This document shows, in pieces, positions 1 to 9,223 of a stretch of DNA of 63,491 nt; within the stretch, counting starts at the first letter, position 1; every line of letters starts with the position of its first letter. The translations under genes and the position numbers were made by a program. The stretch is from NCBI GenBank assembly GCA_038206475.1, contig JBBRAU010000004.1:1-63491 (forward strand). The letters are read 5' to 3'. The notes beneath the pieces are model-generated. The model made no database searches, had not been told where the DNA came from, and saw nothing but the letters and a program-made list of their open reading frames with translations. This DNA is from Patescibacteria group bacterium. GTDB taxonomy: Bacteria > Patescibacteriota > UBA1384 > JBBRAU01.

Positions 1-522
1 GGTGACAACCCATCCTATGCCAGCACCAACGAGGGCGGCATTGTCAGCGGCAGCATCGCCACCGACAACGGCCGGCACATCTATCTGCAGGATCGCAGCG
101 CCGAATGGTCTGGCTTCATCGATTCATCCGACTGGACCGGCCAGACCAAAATCCACGTGCTGAGCGACGATCCAGCCAACAACTACCCGGAGGTGGGCGT
201 TACTAACCTTCAGTACCTGGAGAAGGTGCCTGAGTCAGGCTGTGACACCATCACCGAAATGTACCATGCTTTGGGGGGGTTGCTCTTCAAGCTCGGCACC
301 GGTGGCCTGGTATTCCTCAACACCCAAACCGGTCAAACCAGCTATCTGAGGCCGAACCTTCATTGGCAGGTGCGAAACATCGCCGTGTCGCCGGAGCAAA
401 CTGCGGTCGACCTGGTGATGTATCATCTTAATGGCAATGGCCTGACGGATGGTGTGTTCATAGTTCCGCTGCAAGCTAAAGTTGTACCGCTTGTGGCGGG
501 CGGATTGGCGGCGACTGGATGA
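1..522 (+). CDS. hypothetical protein, C-terminal fragment (5' end outside window)
   Basis: Frame 1 is open from nt 1 to the TGA at 520-522. The track ORF 157..522 is only its GTG-initiated tail. A strong hairpin terminator follows. No family recognised. Confidence 0.5.
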   Translation, partial: GDNPSYASTNEGGIVSGSIATDNGRHIYLQDRSAEWSGFIDSSDWTGQTKIHVLSDDPANNYPEVGVTNLQYLEKVPESGCDTITEMYHALGGLLFKLGTGGLVFLNTQTGQTSYLRPNLHWQVRNIAVSPEQTAVDLVMYHLNGNGLTDGVFIVPLQAKVVPLVAGGLAATG

Positions 523-547
523 CCGTTGCCTACCATGGCTCCACACA

Positions 548-578
548 CCCCCTCTTCGGTTTCCGAAGAGGGGGTTTT
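548..578. terminator. intrinsic terminator hairpin between convergent genes
   Basis: Perfect 12-bp stem ccccctcttcgg/ccgaagaggggg with a 3-nt loop, then TTTTATT. It lies between the stop at 522 (+) and the stop at 580 (-). Confidence 0.6.
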
Positions 579-579
579 A

Positions 580-2040
580 TTAACAATTGTTGGTGATGCA
601 AATCGGGGCGGCACCGCTGTAGATGGTAAAATCATAGCCTTCTTGGACCCGACGGTCAGCCCGATTAACCATGGTTGTGAGCGTGCGCTGCGTTTTGCCA
701 AATTGACCAATGGCCTCAATAACCGTTTTGCCAGCGTCCAGGCGCTGAAGCAGAATATTGGTCTGATTACCGTTTTTGTTGGATAGTGGGTCTCCCCAAC
801 CAATTAACCAAACATCGGCGCCTACCGCCCGGAAGCGTATAAGCTCCGACCCTCTATAGCCCGCTGGGTCATTGGCACTGTTTAACAATATAGAGTTAGG
901 CGCAAAACCTGATTTATCATTTGATAAACTGGTGTGTGGTAAAAGTAAGCTCGGCTGAGGGTCATTAACTAAGGTGGTTTGCCTAACTTGGCCCGCTCCA
1001 TCAGCATGAATTACCTCTAGTCCATACATTACGCTGCCGAAAACACCGTTTAAGTCTGCCTCCCAGGAAAACTTAAATGTGCCATAGCCAACCGGCTTTA
1101 ACTGCGTTGGATTGTTAACATCAGGAACATCGGGGAAGGCCACGGTAAAAGCCGTATCTTTGGGAATTTTTATGGCATTCATTTTTTTTTGCAAAATGCA
1201 CAAAATGTAGTTTTGTGCTGTAGGCGTGGTGTCACCTGCCAAACCACAGAAGGTCTTTGCCTCGCCTGCATTGGCATTAAACTGGGCCAATTGGTCAGAA
1301 ATATAGGTACTCATATTCGTATCCGACGGAATGGGCTGTCCGGGGATGCGACCAATCATTTGCTCGCGGAATGAGATTTTTAAATCGTAGTAGCGGTCAG
1401 TCGGCTTCACGTCAGCTCCAACGGCATGAAGATAATCTTGATTATTGATGACTTTGGTACTGGTGCACGACCGGTCGAACGGTTCAGACATTTTTGGCTG
1501 CATGGCGCCACTGTTTGGACCTAAGTAGCTTAAGTTAACCCGCACGTAATACGGCGTCTCTGAGGTTGGAATGCTGGCATTTTCTTTCGACGATTGAGTA
1601 ATTTGATCGCCATTGAACGTCATGGTATATGAAGCTGCCACACAGCCAAAATCAATGGCTTTCTGACCGGCACTACTGCCGGCTGGGCCGCCGGGTAGTT
1701 CGACTTCGGGGTTGTAGCGGTAGCGCAGCAGGCCGTCTTCGATGCCGGCCTGGGCGGCGGCCAAAGCGATGCTCCCCTCCTCTACCTTGGTGGTGTTCTG
1801 CAGCTCCAGATGAACAATTTGGGCACCGCTAACCGTGGCCATACCAATAATGCCGACGATGATAAGCGTGGAAATAAGGGCATTAGCCCTTTTTGCTTGC
1901 GCAATAGGGGCATTAGCCCTTTTTGCTTGCGCAATAAGGGCATTAGCCGGCAATAGTGCCCTAGACCGGCGAGATGTGACTGTTTTGCTTATCTTTGTCA
2001 CACTTTTCACTAGCGTGATGACGGTAGGGAAAAACTTCAC
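580..2040 (-). CDS. type IV pilus-associated protein with PilX-like N-terminal membrane anchor (function tentative)
   Basis: 486-aa ORF, last gene of the pilin operon, with a 4-nt overlap with the upstream minor pilin. It has a single N-terminal hydrophobic helix (ISTLIIVGIIGMATVSGAQIVHLELQ) like PilX_N-type proteins. The rest has no recognised domain. Confidence 0.55.
   Translation of the reverse strand: MKFFPTVITLVKSVTKISKTVTSRRSRALLPANALIAQAKRANAPIAQAKRANALISTLIIVGIIGMATVSGAQIVHLELQNTTKVEEGSIALAAAQAGIEDGLLRYRYNPEVELPGGPAGSSAGQKAIDFGCVAASYTMTFNGDQITQSSKENASIPTSETPYYVRVNLSYLGPNSGAMQPKMSEPFDRSCTSTKVINNQDYLHAVGADVKPTDRYYDLKISFREQMIGRIPGQPIPSDTNMSTYISDQLAQFNANAGEAKTFCGLAGDTTPTAQNYILCILQKKMNAIKIPKDTAFTVAFPDVPDVNNPTQLKPVGYGTFKFSWEADLNGVFGSVMYGLEVIHADGAGQVRQTTLVNDPQPSLLLPHTSLSNDKSGFAPNSILLNSANDPAGYRGSELIRFRAVGADVWLIGWGDPLSNKNGNQTNILLQRLDAGKTVIEAIGQFGKTQRTLTTMVNRADRRVQEGYDFTIYSGAAPICITNNC
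1877..1948 (-). repeat. 30-bp in-frame tandem repeat, about 2.4 copies
   Basis: 1877-1906 and 1907-1936 match at 29 of 30 positions: (a/g)gggcattagccctttttgcttgcgcaata. A third, truncated copy follows. The repeat encodes the reiterated ALIAQAKRAN/APIAQAKRAN in the cytoplasmic N-terminus of the 486-aa protein. Confidence 0.85.
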
Positions 2041-3182
2041 GGGGCCTCCCGGTTAATTTGCAGCGGTGCGGCGTCAGCTTCTAGGTGGGTCACTTGTCGC
2101 AGACGCTCTGGCACTTGCTCTATAGCGCCATCGGAGGCAATCCGTTTGGTAGGCTCGGTGGTTAGCGCAATGTGCACGGTTGGTTTAAGCGGCGTCATGG
2201 TGTGGGTAGCGTAGCAACGGCCAACCAGCCGTTTATCGTCATTATTGTCGAGCTTAATGCCATTGCCTGGCGCAAAGCTGGAGGTATTGCTGATGGTGTT
2301 ATTGCTAAAACTGCGCCAAATAAAGCCACCCTCTCTTAACTCAACCCAACGTGCCTGCGGCGTGACCGTCGCCGAAGTCGGATTATCCGGTGGCCAGAAG
2401 TAGTAAATAAAGCGATGGATATCGGTGCTGCCCGAACCCGCTTCTAATTTAGCAAGTTCCGTTGCCGTTAGGCCGCTTTCGTCACGGACGCAGCTGACCG
2501 GCGCACCAGTCAAGGCAAAACTACTGACCGTAATATTATCAGACGACAACTGCGTCTCAACCTGGGAGGCATTAGCTCTGACCACAACGTCAAAATATGG
2601 GCTGCCGGGGATGTCTATCAAAATGTCCTTGGCCACACTAGAGTTTGCGATTGTTTGCGTGGGAGTGTTGCTTTGTTTATACTGCCGAGTTTGCAAAAAT
2701 AAAGCATTGTGCTTATCAAAACCGTTGCCAGCTGCTACCATTTTGACGTAGTAGCGATGCTCGGTGAGCAGCTCCAAACCGTCAGAGCCTGCCGTTGAGT
2801 GGTAGATCATAAGCGGTGCGGTGGCCGGGGTCGTGCAACTGGGGTCAAGCTGGCTGCTGTTTGCGCCCAGCGGGCAAACCGGAGGGTTAGTGTCAAAGAC
2901 GAAACTAGTTGCTGTGTTGGGCAAGATTGCGGCAAAGGTGCCGCCCAGTCGCACCAAGGCCTGGCTACCATTGGCGCCGCTAATATCGTCTGTGAGCTGA
3001 CTCATCACATTGCGTGCGCCGGAGCGACCAGTACTTTTAGCAGACAAGGTTTGCTGGCCCGCGATGGCCTGGCCAAGGGCGCCGATAGCAATAACTAAAA
3101 CCGCCGAGAAAATGCCAGTCGCAATAACAACCTCAAGTAAGGTAAAGCCGCGTCTGGACGGGATGTGTGTTTTATCCATCAC
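2037..3182 (-). CDS. minor pilin / pseudopilin with prepilin-type N-terminal cleavage-methylation motif
   Basis: N-terminus SRRG|FTLLEVVIATGIFSAVLVIAIG matches the class III signal (G|FTLxE plus hydrophobic helix). Lies in the pilin operon. Confidence 0.75.
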   Translation of the reverse strand: MMDKTHIPSRRGFTLLEVVIATGIFSAVLVIAIGALGQAIAGQQTLSAKSTGRSGARNVMSQLTDDISGANGSQALVRLGGTFAAILPNTATSFVFDTNPPVCPLGANSSQLDPSCTTPATAPLMIYHSTAGSDGLELLTEHRYYVKMVAAGNGFDKHNALFLQTRQYKQSNTPTQTIANSSVAKDILIDIPGSPYFDVVVRANASQVETQLSSDNITVSSFALTGAPVSCVRDESGLTATELAKLEAGSGSTDIHRFIYYFWPPDNPTSATVTPQARWVELREGGFIWRSFSNNTISNTSSFAPGNGIKLDNNDDKRLVGRCYATHTMTPLKPTVHIALTTEPTKRIASDGAIEQVPERLRQVTHLEADAAPLQINREAP

Positions 3183-3969
3183 TTCTCCAGTTGGTCAAAA
3201 CCGTGTCGGCCGCTTCTTGTCGACCATCCGCCCCACCCTGCCAAGTGACCACCACGTGCACCAACATGGCCGGTGGGTTTATCGTGTCGCTAAATACCAC
3301 GGGCTGCTTGGTAGCTTGATCGGTAATCGCCTGGTGATTGTAGTCGCAATTGCTGCTGCACGGATTACCAAGATAATCTTTACCGCTTGTAGTTGGATTA
3401 AACGGGGCCAGCGTAATGTAGCGGTGAAACTCTTGGCCTGAGCCGGCCACGTCGGTGGCTTGCACTTTGATAATTTCCACCAGACCACGGACAACGCCTG
3501 ACACCTCTGAGACAATTTGGCTTTGCACGGCGATTAGCCCTGGACTGCAGGTGCCGAGCTGACTGCTTAGCGTACTAACCAGGCCAAACCAATCTACTGT
3601 CCCCGCCACCACACAAGAAGATACATCAGAGGCCGTGACCACCCGCCAGCGCGGATTAGTGAGATCAGTTTTATCGTACATAAATGCCTGCGAAGCAGCA
3701 CTGTCCGTGAGATTAAATTTATGAGTACCGTTTCCAAGCCAAAAACCATCCACTCGCCAGTTTTCGTCACGAATAGCCTTAACTTCGTCAACGCCGGCTA
3801 AAGTTAGCGCATGTGCCTGGTTGCGCTGATCGGTGAAATTTGATGTTTTCTGGGCTGAGCTGGACAGTGTGGCCATAGAGCCAATAACCATAGCTAAAAT
3901 ACCGGAGGCAATAATAACCTCAGCCAGCGTGAAGCCCCCGTGAAAAGCTGATCTAGACACAATTGCCAC
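3172..3969 (-). CDS. minor pilin (PilV-like) with prepilin-type N-terminus
   Basis: N-terminus FHGG|FTLAEVIIASGILAMVIG. Overlaps neighbouring pilin genes, consistent with an operon. Confidence 0.75.
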   Translation of the reverse strand: MAIVSRSAFHGGFTLAEVIIASGILAMVIGSMATLSSSAQKTSNFTDQRNQAHALTLAGVDEVKAIRDENWRVDGFWLGNGTHKFNLTDSAASQAFMYDKTDLTNPRWRVVTASDVSSCVVAGTVDWFGLVSTLSSQLGTCSPGLIAVQSQIVSEVSGVVRGLVEIIKVQATDVAGSGQEFHRYITLAPFNPTTSGKDYLGNPCSSNCDYNHQAITDQATKQPVVFSDTINPPAMLVHVVVTWQGGADGRQEAADTVLTNWRSDG

Positions 3970-4819
3970 CGCTAAGGTTTCTGGTGCTCACGCCTGGTCG
4001 CGACAACCAAATAGTTACCTCTCGACAGGAGCCTGAGTAATTACTGCGTTTGACGATAAGGCGAAGAAATGGGTTGTAGCCATCGTTTAGTATTGCCGTA
4101 CCAGTATCAGTACTGGCTTGGCGATATGTTGGTGGTTCAAACAACGCTAAGCTGGGCCGCCCGCTTTGGGCAGACGCAAAAGCCACAGTTGCTATTGGTG
4201 GCACTAATTGGTTACTGACCGCCGGATCAGTAATAGATTCATCTTTGGCCGGGAAAGCCGACGTGTTGCCGGCGACCGTGCGGAAGTATCCTGACGGTAA
4301 CAAGGCTTGGGTTCGGACATTACGCGGCGTCTGAATATAAATCGTACTCGGCAAGTGGAAGCTTTTGACCTCCGGGAAGTAACCTGAGTCGTCACTTAAA
4401 CTCTGGGGTTGTTGGCTACTTTTGCCGGGGTCGGCTGGCTCTTGCCACTCGCGAATGGAGATGGTGTCCCACTCAGTTGGTGTAGACGTGCTACTCGGAC
4501 CTAATAATAAGACGGTGCCAACATAATGGTGACCGGCATAGCTGAGGGTGGTGTCTTGAATGCCACCATTCACCTGCGATTTATCAGCATCAGTAAACTG
4601 GCTAGGTGCCGAGGCCAAGGCAGAGGCTGAATTGACCGCTTGCTCAATGGTCTGGGCAGCATTGTCTAGTTGTTGTTCGCGCTGCAGCACAGCCAAGCGA
4701 GGCACTGAAGCCGCCAAAAGCCCAGCCATGATGCCCAACACCACTAGCAGTTCAACTAATGTGTAGCCTGGACGCCCCACCTGCGCCTTTCTAATTGACA
4801 ATTTCGCCCAGCACATCAA
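3953..4819 (-). CDS. minor pilin (GspH/FimT-like) with prepilin-type N-terminus
   Basis: N-terminus GRPG|YTLVELLVVLGIMAGLLAA followed by the LDNAAQ helix typical of GspH/FimT-type pseudopilins. Confidence 0.7.
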   Translation of the reverse strand: MMCWAKLSIRKAQVGRPGYTLVELLVVLGIMAGLLAASVPRLAVLQREQQLDNAAQTIEQAVNSASALASAPSQFTDADKSQVNGGIQDTTLSYAGHHYVGTVLLLGPSSTSTPTEWDTISIREWQEPADPGKSSQQPQSLSDDSGYFPEVKSFHLPSTIYIQTPRNVRTQALLPSGYFRTVAGNTSAFPAKDESITDPAVSNQLVPPIATVAFASAQSGRPSLALFEPPTYRQASTDTGTAILNDGYNPFLRLIVKRSNYSGSCREVTIWLSRPGVSTRNLSGGNCV

Positions 4820-5417
4820 AGAAGTGGTCAGAGCACGGTGTAGCGTCTTGACTGGCCTGATTGTCCGCTAGCCGCAACGGCGTACCCAGCCGATAGCCGT
4901 AGGTGCGAGTGCCACTTCCACGCAGATAGGCGCAAGCAGTTTTTTTAGTCTCAAAACCAGTAAACACGCCGGTGGTGGGATAGGCATACGTTTCAAGCTG
5001 CGCAGTTGTCTGGTCCAGCTTGAAATACTGTTCAGCAACTTCTTCGCCTGATCTATCAACTGATTGAACCCACTGCGTAACAGCGTTGCTGAATAGGTAG
5101 TCTTTTTGGTACAAATACTGACCAGACGTGTAGTCCCCTCTGGTCCCCCGGAATGTAGCGTACGGCGGGGTCGGTAGTTGATCAATGTAGCCCCCCGTTT
5201 GCAAATCTGACAGCTGGTCGGGGTATGTCCTGTTTCGGGCAAAATAGTTGTCCAAGGCCCCTTGAATTTTGACAATGTCGGCGATCATTTTCGTTTGCTG
5301 GGCGCGTTTGCGGGCCGAAATGTAGCCGGCTGAAGCCCAAGCCGTGAGCACGGCGATAATGCCCATAACCACCATTAATTCAATGAGGGTGAAACCAAAC
5401 CGGCGACGTGAGAACAT
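4791..5417 (-). CDS. type IV pilin / pseudopilin (PilE/GspG-like)
   Basis: N-terminus RRFG|FTLIELMVVMGIIAVLTAWASAGYISARKRAQ, a canonical pilin N-terminal helix. Confidence 0.75.
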   Translation of the reverse strand: MFSRRRFGFTLIELMVVMGIIAVLTAWASAGYISARKRAQQTKMIADIVKIQGALDNYFARNRTYPDQLSDLQTGGYIDQLPTPPYATFRGTRGDYTSGQYLYQKDYLFSNAVTQWVQSVDRSGEEVAEQYFKLDQTTAQLETYAYPTTGVFTGFETKKTACAYLRGSGTRTYGYRLGTPLRLADNQASQDATPCSDHFFDVLGEIVN

Positions 5418-5454
5418 GCGCCTCCTTTATGAGCATTATTATATGCTAACTAGG

Positions 5455-6210
5455 CTAAAAAAGCAGCTGGATGGGCTGGCCGGGCCAATGCATCATCAGC
5501 CAAACGGCCAGCGTGGCCAAAATGAGAAACGGGCCAAACGGCACCGCGGTATTAGCTTTGGTCTTTTTGCCCACAATGAGCATGATGCCGACTATTCCGC
5601 CAGCTATGCAAGCCAGGAGAAGGACATCAACCATCGCTGGCCAGCCGACAACAAGACCAGCCATTCCGCCCAACCATATATCACCGTCACCCATTCCCCT
5701 GCCTCGCGTAACAAACACTAAGACCGCCGGCAAAGCAGCGCCCGCTAGCAGGCCAAGCAGCGATGCGGCGTATTGCTGGCTAGCGAGCACCATTAAAGCG
5801 GCGGCAACGGCGGATGTTTTGAGCAGGACGTCGGGCAGGAGCATCGCCTCAAGGTCAGTCAGCAACAACGCGCCGAGCAGCGAGAAAACGATTGTGGCCG
5901 CGGCGAGCGGTTGCCAGGTCGGCGTCACATACGCCAGCAGACCAAAAAGGGCGGCGTAGCCAAGCTCTGCCAGTGGATAGCGCCAGCTGATTGGCTTATG
6001 GCACTGCCGACAGCGGCCACGTTGGAGTGCAAAAGAAACGATGGGCAACAACTCAAACCAGCGAAGATTTTTTTTGCAGCGTGGACAATACGAGCGACCC
6101 TGCCAAAACGACTCGCCGTTTAAACTGCGGCCAGCAACAACATTAGCAAACGAGCCGATAAATAAACCAAAAAGCGACCAGACTATAACCATGCGCTCAC
6201 TATAGCCCAA
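5455..6210 (-). CDS. pilD: prepilin peptidase (A24 family)
   Basis: Polytopic membrane protein with CPRC...CRQC zinc motifs and the GMGDGDIWL aspartyl-protease motif. Located between pilin genes. Confidence 0.9.
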   Translation of the reverse strand: MGYSERMVIVWSLFGLFIGSFANVVAGRSLNGESFWQGRSYCPRCKKNLRWFELLPIVSFALQRGRCRQCHKPISWRYPLAELGYAALFGLLAYVTPTWQPLAAATIVFSLLGALLLTDLEAMLLPDVLLKTSAVAAALMVLASQQYAASLLGLLAGAALPAVLVFVTRGRGMGDGDIWLGGMAGLVVGWPAMVDVLLLACIAGGIVGIMLIVGKKTKANTAVPFGPFLILATLAVWLMMHWPGQPIQLLF

Positions 6211-6272
6211 AAATCAGGCCGAAGCCTGATTTTTGGAACTGCATGTGCGAAAGCAATTACTTGTCGATTACA

Positions 6273-6692
6273 TTAACTACTAGTGAACGTGAGCGGCTGT
6301 GACGGATCAGTATGGGCCTCACACTGCAATTTGCCAGTCGTACCAAGTTTTTGACTGCCGACGGTCACGTTAGCATAGCTAGGACCGCCCGAAATCGTCA
6401 AACCAGAACCGAGAACTGTGGAGCTTGGAGATACTGTCCACCCAGTGGGGATCTCGTTTGTTGCACTTCCCGTACTCGTAAAGTCAGAGAAACCGGCAGT
6501 CGTATTATTGGCGCTAGCAAAGTCTTGGTAGCGTTGGCAAAGGGAACTGAATGCTTGTATGGCAGCATTGGCCGCCGAGCGCTTGCGGGCGTTGGTAATG
6601 GTTGGTACCAACAGCGCCGTTAGAATGGCAATGATGCCGATGACAACCAAGAGCTCAATTAAGGTGAACCCTTTTCGTAGACCTATAGACAT
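6273..6692 (-). CDS. pilA: type IV pilin, probable major subunit
   Basis: 139 aa with N-terminus LRKG|FTLIELLVVIGIIAILTALLVP. Short, with its own promoter-like sequence and a strong SD (AAGGAGAG). Confidence 0.75.
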   Translation of the reverse strand: MSIGLRKGFTLIELLVVIGIIAILTALLVPTITNARKRSAANAAIQAFSSLCQRYQDFASANNTTAGFSDFTSTGSATNEIPTGWTVSPSSTVLGSGLTISGGPSYANVTVGSQKLGTTGKLQCEAHTDPSQPLTFTSS

Positions 6693-6734
6693 GTGTCTCT
6701 CCTTTTTTGCCCGCGGGGCATATTTTATATCTTT

Positions 6735-6762
6735 AGTGTACCGCGCATTGGCTCGCCGTCAA
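6735..6762 (-). promoter_or_regulatory. candidate sigma70-type promoter for the pilin gene
   Basis: The minus strand reads TTGACG (6762-6757), a 16-nt spacer, then TACACT (6740-6735), about 40 nt upstream of the ATG at 6692. Confidence 0.35.
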
Positions 6763-6771
6763 TAGGGTGCG

Positions 6772-7977
6772 TCATCCGCTAATGTTTTGAGTGGCAGCAA
6801 AGATTGGACCCAAAATAGCAAATACCAGGAAGGCGACACCGGCACCCATGAAAACAATAATGACTGGCTCAATCAATGAGGCAAAGGCCTTGATTTTGGT
6901 ATCCGTCTGCTCCTCATAGAAACGCCCAAGTGTCTCCAGCACATCATCCAGTTTACCGGTTTGCTCGCCGACCAGAATCATTTGGCTGATCAAAATGGGG
7001 AAATCGGGTGTTTCCGAGAGCGGTGTTGACAACGGTACGCCCTTTTCAACCTTGCTGACAGTGTAGAGCAAAATGCGCTGGTAGACGCGGTTGCCAATAG
7101 TATCGGCTGTGAGTTTAATTGCCTCGACAATCGGGATGCCGGAGCGAATTAACAGGGAAAAGGTTTTTAAGAAGTTGGTCATATAAGCGCCCTGCATCAG
7201 TCCACCAATAGGCGGTGTTTTTAAGATAGCGACTGCAAACCAGTTTTTGCCAGTTTCAGTGCGCAGGAATAGCCGAATGGCGGTAGCTAAGACGATGACC
7301 AGGGCCAGAGCCAAGTACCACTGGTCAGTCAAAAAGTGCGACAGCCAAATAAGGAAGTGTGTAGAGATGGGCAGCGCCGTTTTAGTATCGGCGAACAGCG
7401 GGATGAGCTGCGGAATAATTTTTGTCGTCACATAGACACCCATCACCACCATGACAACCAAAATGACGGCCGGATACGCTAAGGCGCCTTTGACCTTGGA
7501 TTGAAAGTTCGTGTCATGCTCCAGTCGGTCAGCCAACGACAGTAGCACTTTCTCTAGCTGGCCAGAGGCCTCGCCAGCCCTAACCAGCGAGATAAAGACT
7601 TTGTCAAAAATTTGATTTTGCCTAGCCAGCGCAGCCGAGAAACTTTGACCACCCTCAAGGTCTCGGATCATCTCTGCAATAGCGGCTTTGAATTTTTTGC
7701 TCTGGACCTGGCGGTCAACAATACGCAGGCCTTGAATAATCGGCACGCCGGCTGAAATCATCGTCGCCAGTTGGCGAGCAAACATGGCCCGATCTTTTAA
7801 GGAGACTTTGCCAAAGGGGTTGAAGTGTGCCAAAATCGAAGCCTTTTTCTCGATGGCCAGTGGCCGCAGTTTGTTGGCGGAGAGTAATTTTTGGGCATCA
7901 GCAATAGTCGACGCTTGTAAAACGCCGCTCAAGGTATTGCCGTATGGATCAAGGGCTTGATAAGAAAAAGTTGGCAC
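6772..7977 (-). CDS. pilC: type IV pilus platform protein PilC (GspF family)
   Basis: 401 aa with the duplicated T2SSF domain architecture and three TM segments. Adjacent to pilT and pilB. Confidence 0.92.
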   Translation of the reverse strand: MPTFSYQALDPYGNTLSGVLQASTIADAQKLLSANKLRPLAIEKKASILAHFNPFGKVSLKDRAMFARQLATMISAGVPIIQGLRIVDRQVQSKKFKAAIAEMIRDLEGGQSFSAALARQNQIFDKVFISLVRAGEASGQLEKVLLSLADRLEHDTNFQSKVKGALAYPAVILVVMVVMGVYVTTKIIPQLIPLFADTKTALPISTHFLIWLSHFLTDQWYLALALVIVLATAIRLFLRTETGKNWFAVAILKTPPIGGLMQGAYMTNFLKTFSLLIRSGIPIVEAIKLTADTIGNRVYQRILLYTVSKVEKGVPLSTPLSETPDFPILISQMILVGEQTGKLDDVLETLGRFYEEQTDTKIKAFASLIEPVIIVFMGAGVAFLVFAILGPIFAATQNISG

Positions 7978-8088
7978 AAAAACCTTTATATATAACTACT
8001 TATTAAGACGGGTGAGTAGTGGTCTCTGAAGGGGGAAGCATCTACCACCGGCAAAAACATCGGCAACAAAAAATTCATGGTTACCATA

Positions 8089-9153
8089 TTAATAAATCAA
8101 ACTCTTTAAAGTGGCTGAATCATTAGCGTGAGACATCGCCTCTTCAAATGTAATGTCGCCCTTGCTTACTAGGTTGGCTAGCACTTTGTCCATGGCAATC
8201 ATCCCTTCTCCATTTGAAGTCGAGATGACGTTGTCGAGTTGGTGTGTTTTGCCCTCACGGATACTCGTCCGTACGGCCGAGTTAGCCAACATCACCTCGG
8301 TAGCCAGTACCCGTCCGCCGTTAATACGCGGCAGTAGTCGCTGCGACATAACGCCCAGCAACACCGCGGCCAGCTGCGTGCGTACTTGCTGTTGCTGATG
8401 TTGAGGGAAGACCGAGATAATGCGATCTGCCGTCTGGGCGGCAGAATTTGTGTGCAAGGTCGACAGTACGAGGTGGCCAGTTTCAGCCACGGTCAGCGCA
8501 GCTTCGATCGTCTCTTGGTCGCGCATTTCACCGATCAACACCACATCTGGGTCTTCTCGCAGGGCGGCCCGCAGGCCGCGACTAAACGTCAGTACATCGG
8601 CGCCCAGTTCGCGTTGGGTGACCATGCCTTGCCTGTGCTCAAAGAGAAACTCGATCGGATCCTCAAGGGTGATGACATTGGCTGAGCGCTCCGACAGAAT
8701 TGCATCAACGATCGAGGCGAGGGTGGTTGATTTACCATGCCCCGTTGGGCCAGTCACGATCACCAACCCTTTGCTCTCGGTAGTGAATTTTTGCACAATT
8801 GGCGGTAAGCCAAGCTCCTGCATATTCCAAATTTTAAGCGGAATCAGGCGGAAAGCGCCAGACAAAGCATTTTTCTCGTGAAAGACGTTGACGCGGAACC
8901 GAATTTGGCCAAAGCCAAAGGAGAAGTCAACATCGCGCTTGGCCTGCAACTCAGCGCGCCGTGCGTCCGACAACAACGGCAGCAGCATTTGCTCAGTCAA
9001 TTGCGGCGTCAGCGTTGCTTCACCTGGAACGGTGTAGAGCTGACCGTCAATACGTAAAACCGGCGGTCGACCGACAGTTACGTGAATATCCGAAGCCCGG
9101 CGCTCCATTGCCATCGTAAATAAAGTGGTTAACGCTGAGTTCAACGTGGCCAT
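8089..9153 (-). CDS. pilT: twitching-motility retraction ATPase PilT
   Basis: 354 aa with Walker A GPTGHGKST, Asp box, Walker B LIGEMRD and His box (TGHLVLSTLHT). Length is typical of PilT. Confidence 0.92.
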   Translation of the reverse strand: MATLNSALTTLFTMAMERRASDIHVTVGRPPVLRIDGQLYTVPGEATLTPQLTEQMLLPLLSDARRAELQAKRDVDFSFGFGQIRFRVNVFHEKNALSGAFRLIPLKIWNMQELGLPPIVQKFTTESKGLVIVTGPTGHGKSTTLASIVDAILSERSANVITLEDPIEFLFEHRQGMVTQRELGADVLTFSRGLRAALREDPDVVLIGEMRDQETIEAALTVAETGHLVLSTLHTNSAAQTADRIISVFPQHQQQQVRTQLAAVLLGVMSQRLLPRINGGRVLATEVMLANSAVRTSIREGKTHQLDNVISTSNGEGMIAMDKVLANLVSKGDITFEEAMSHANDSATLKSLIY

Positions 9154-9223
9154 AATGCCCCATTTCTCATCTTTTTTCGTGCTGATCTTAGTATATCAGA
9201 GGCTAAGCGAAGTGGAACCAACC

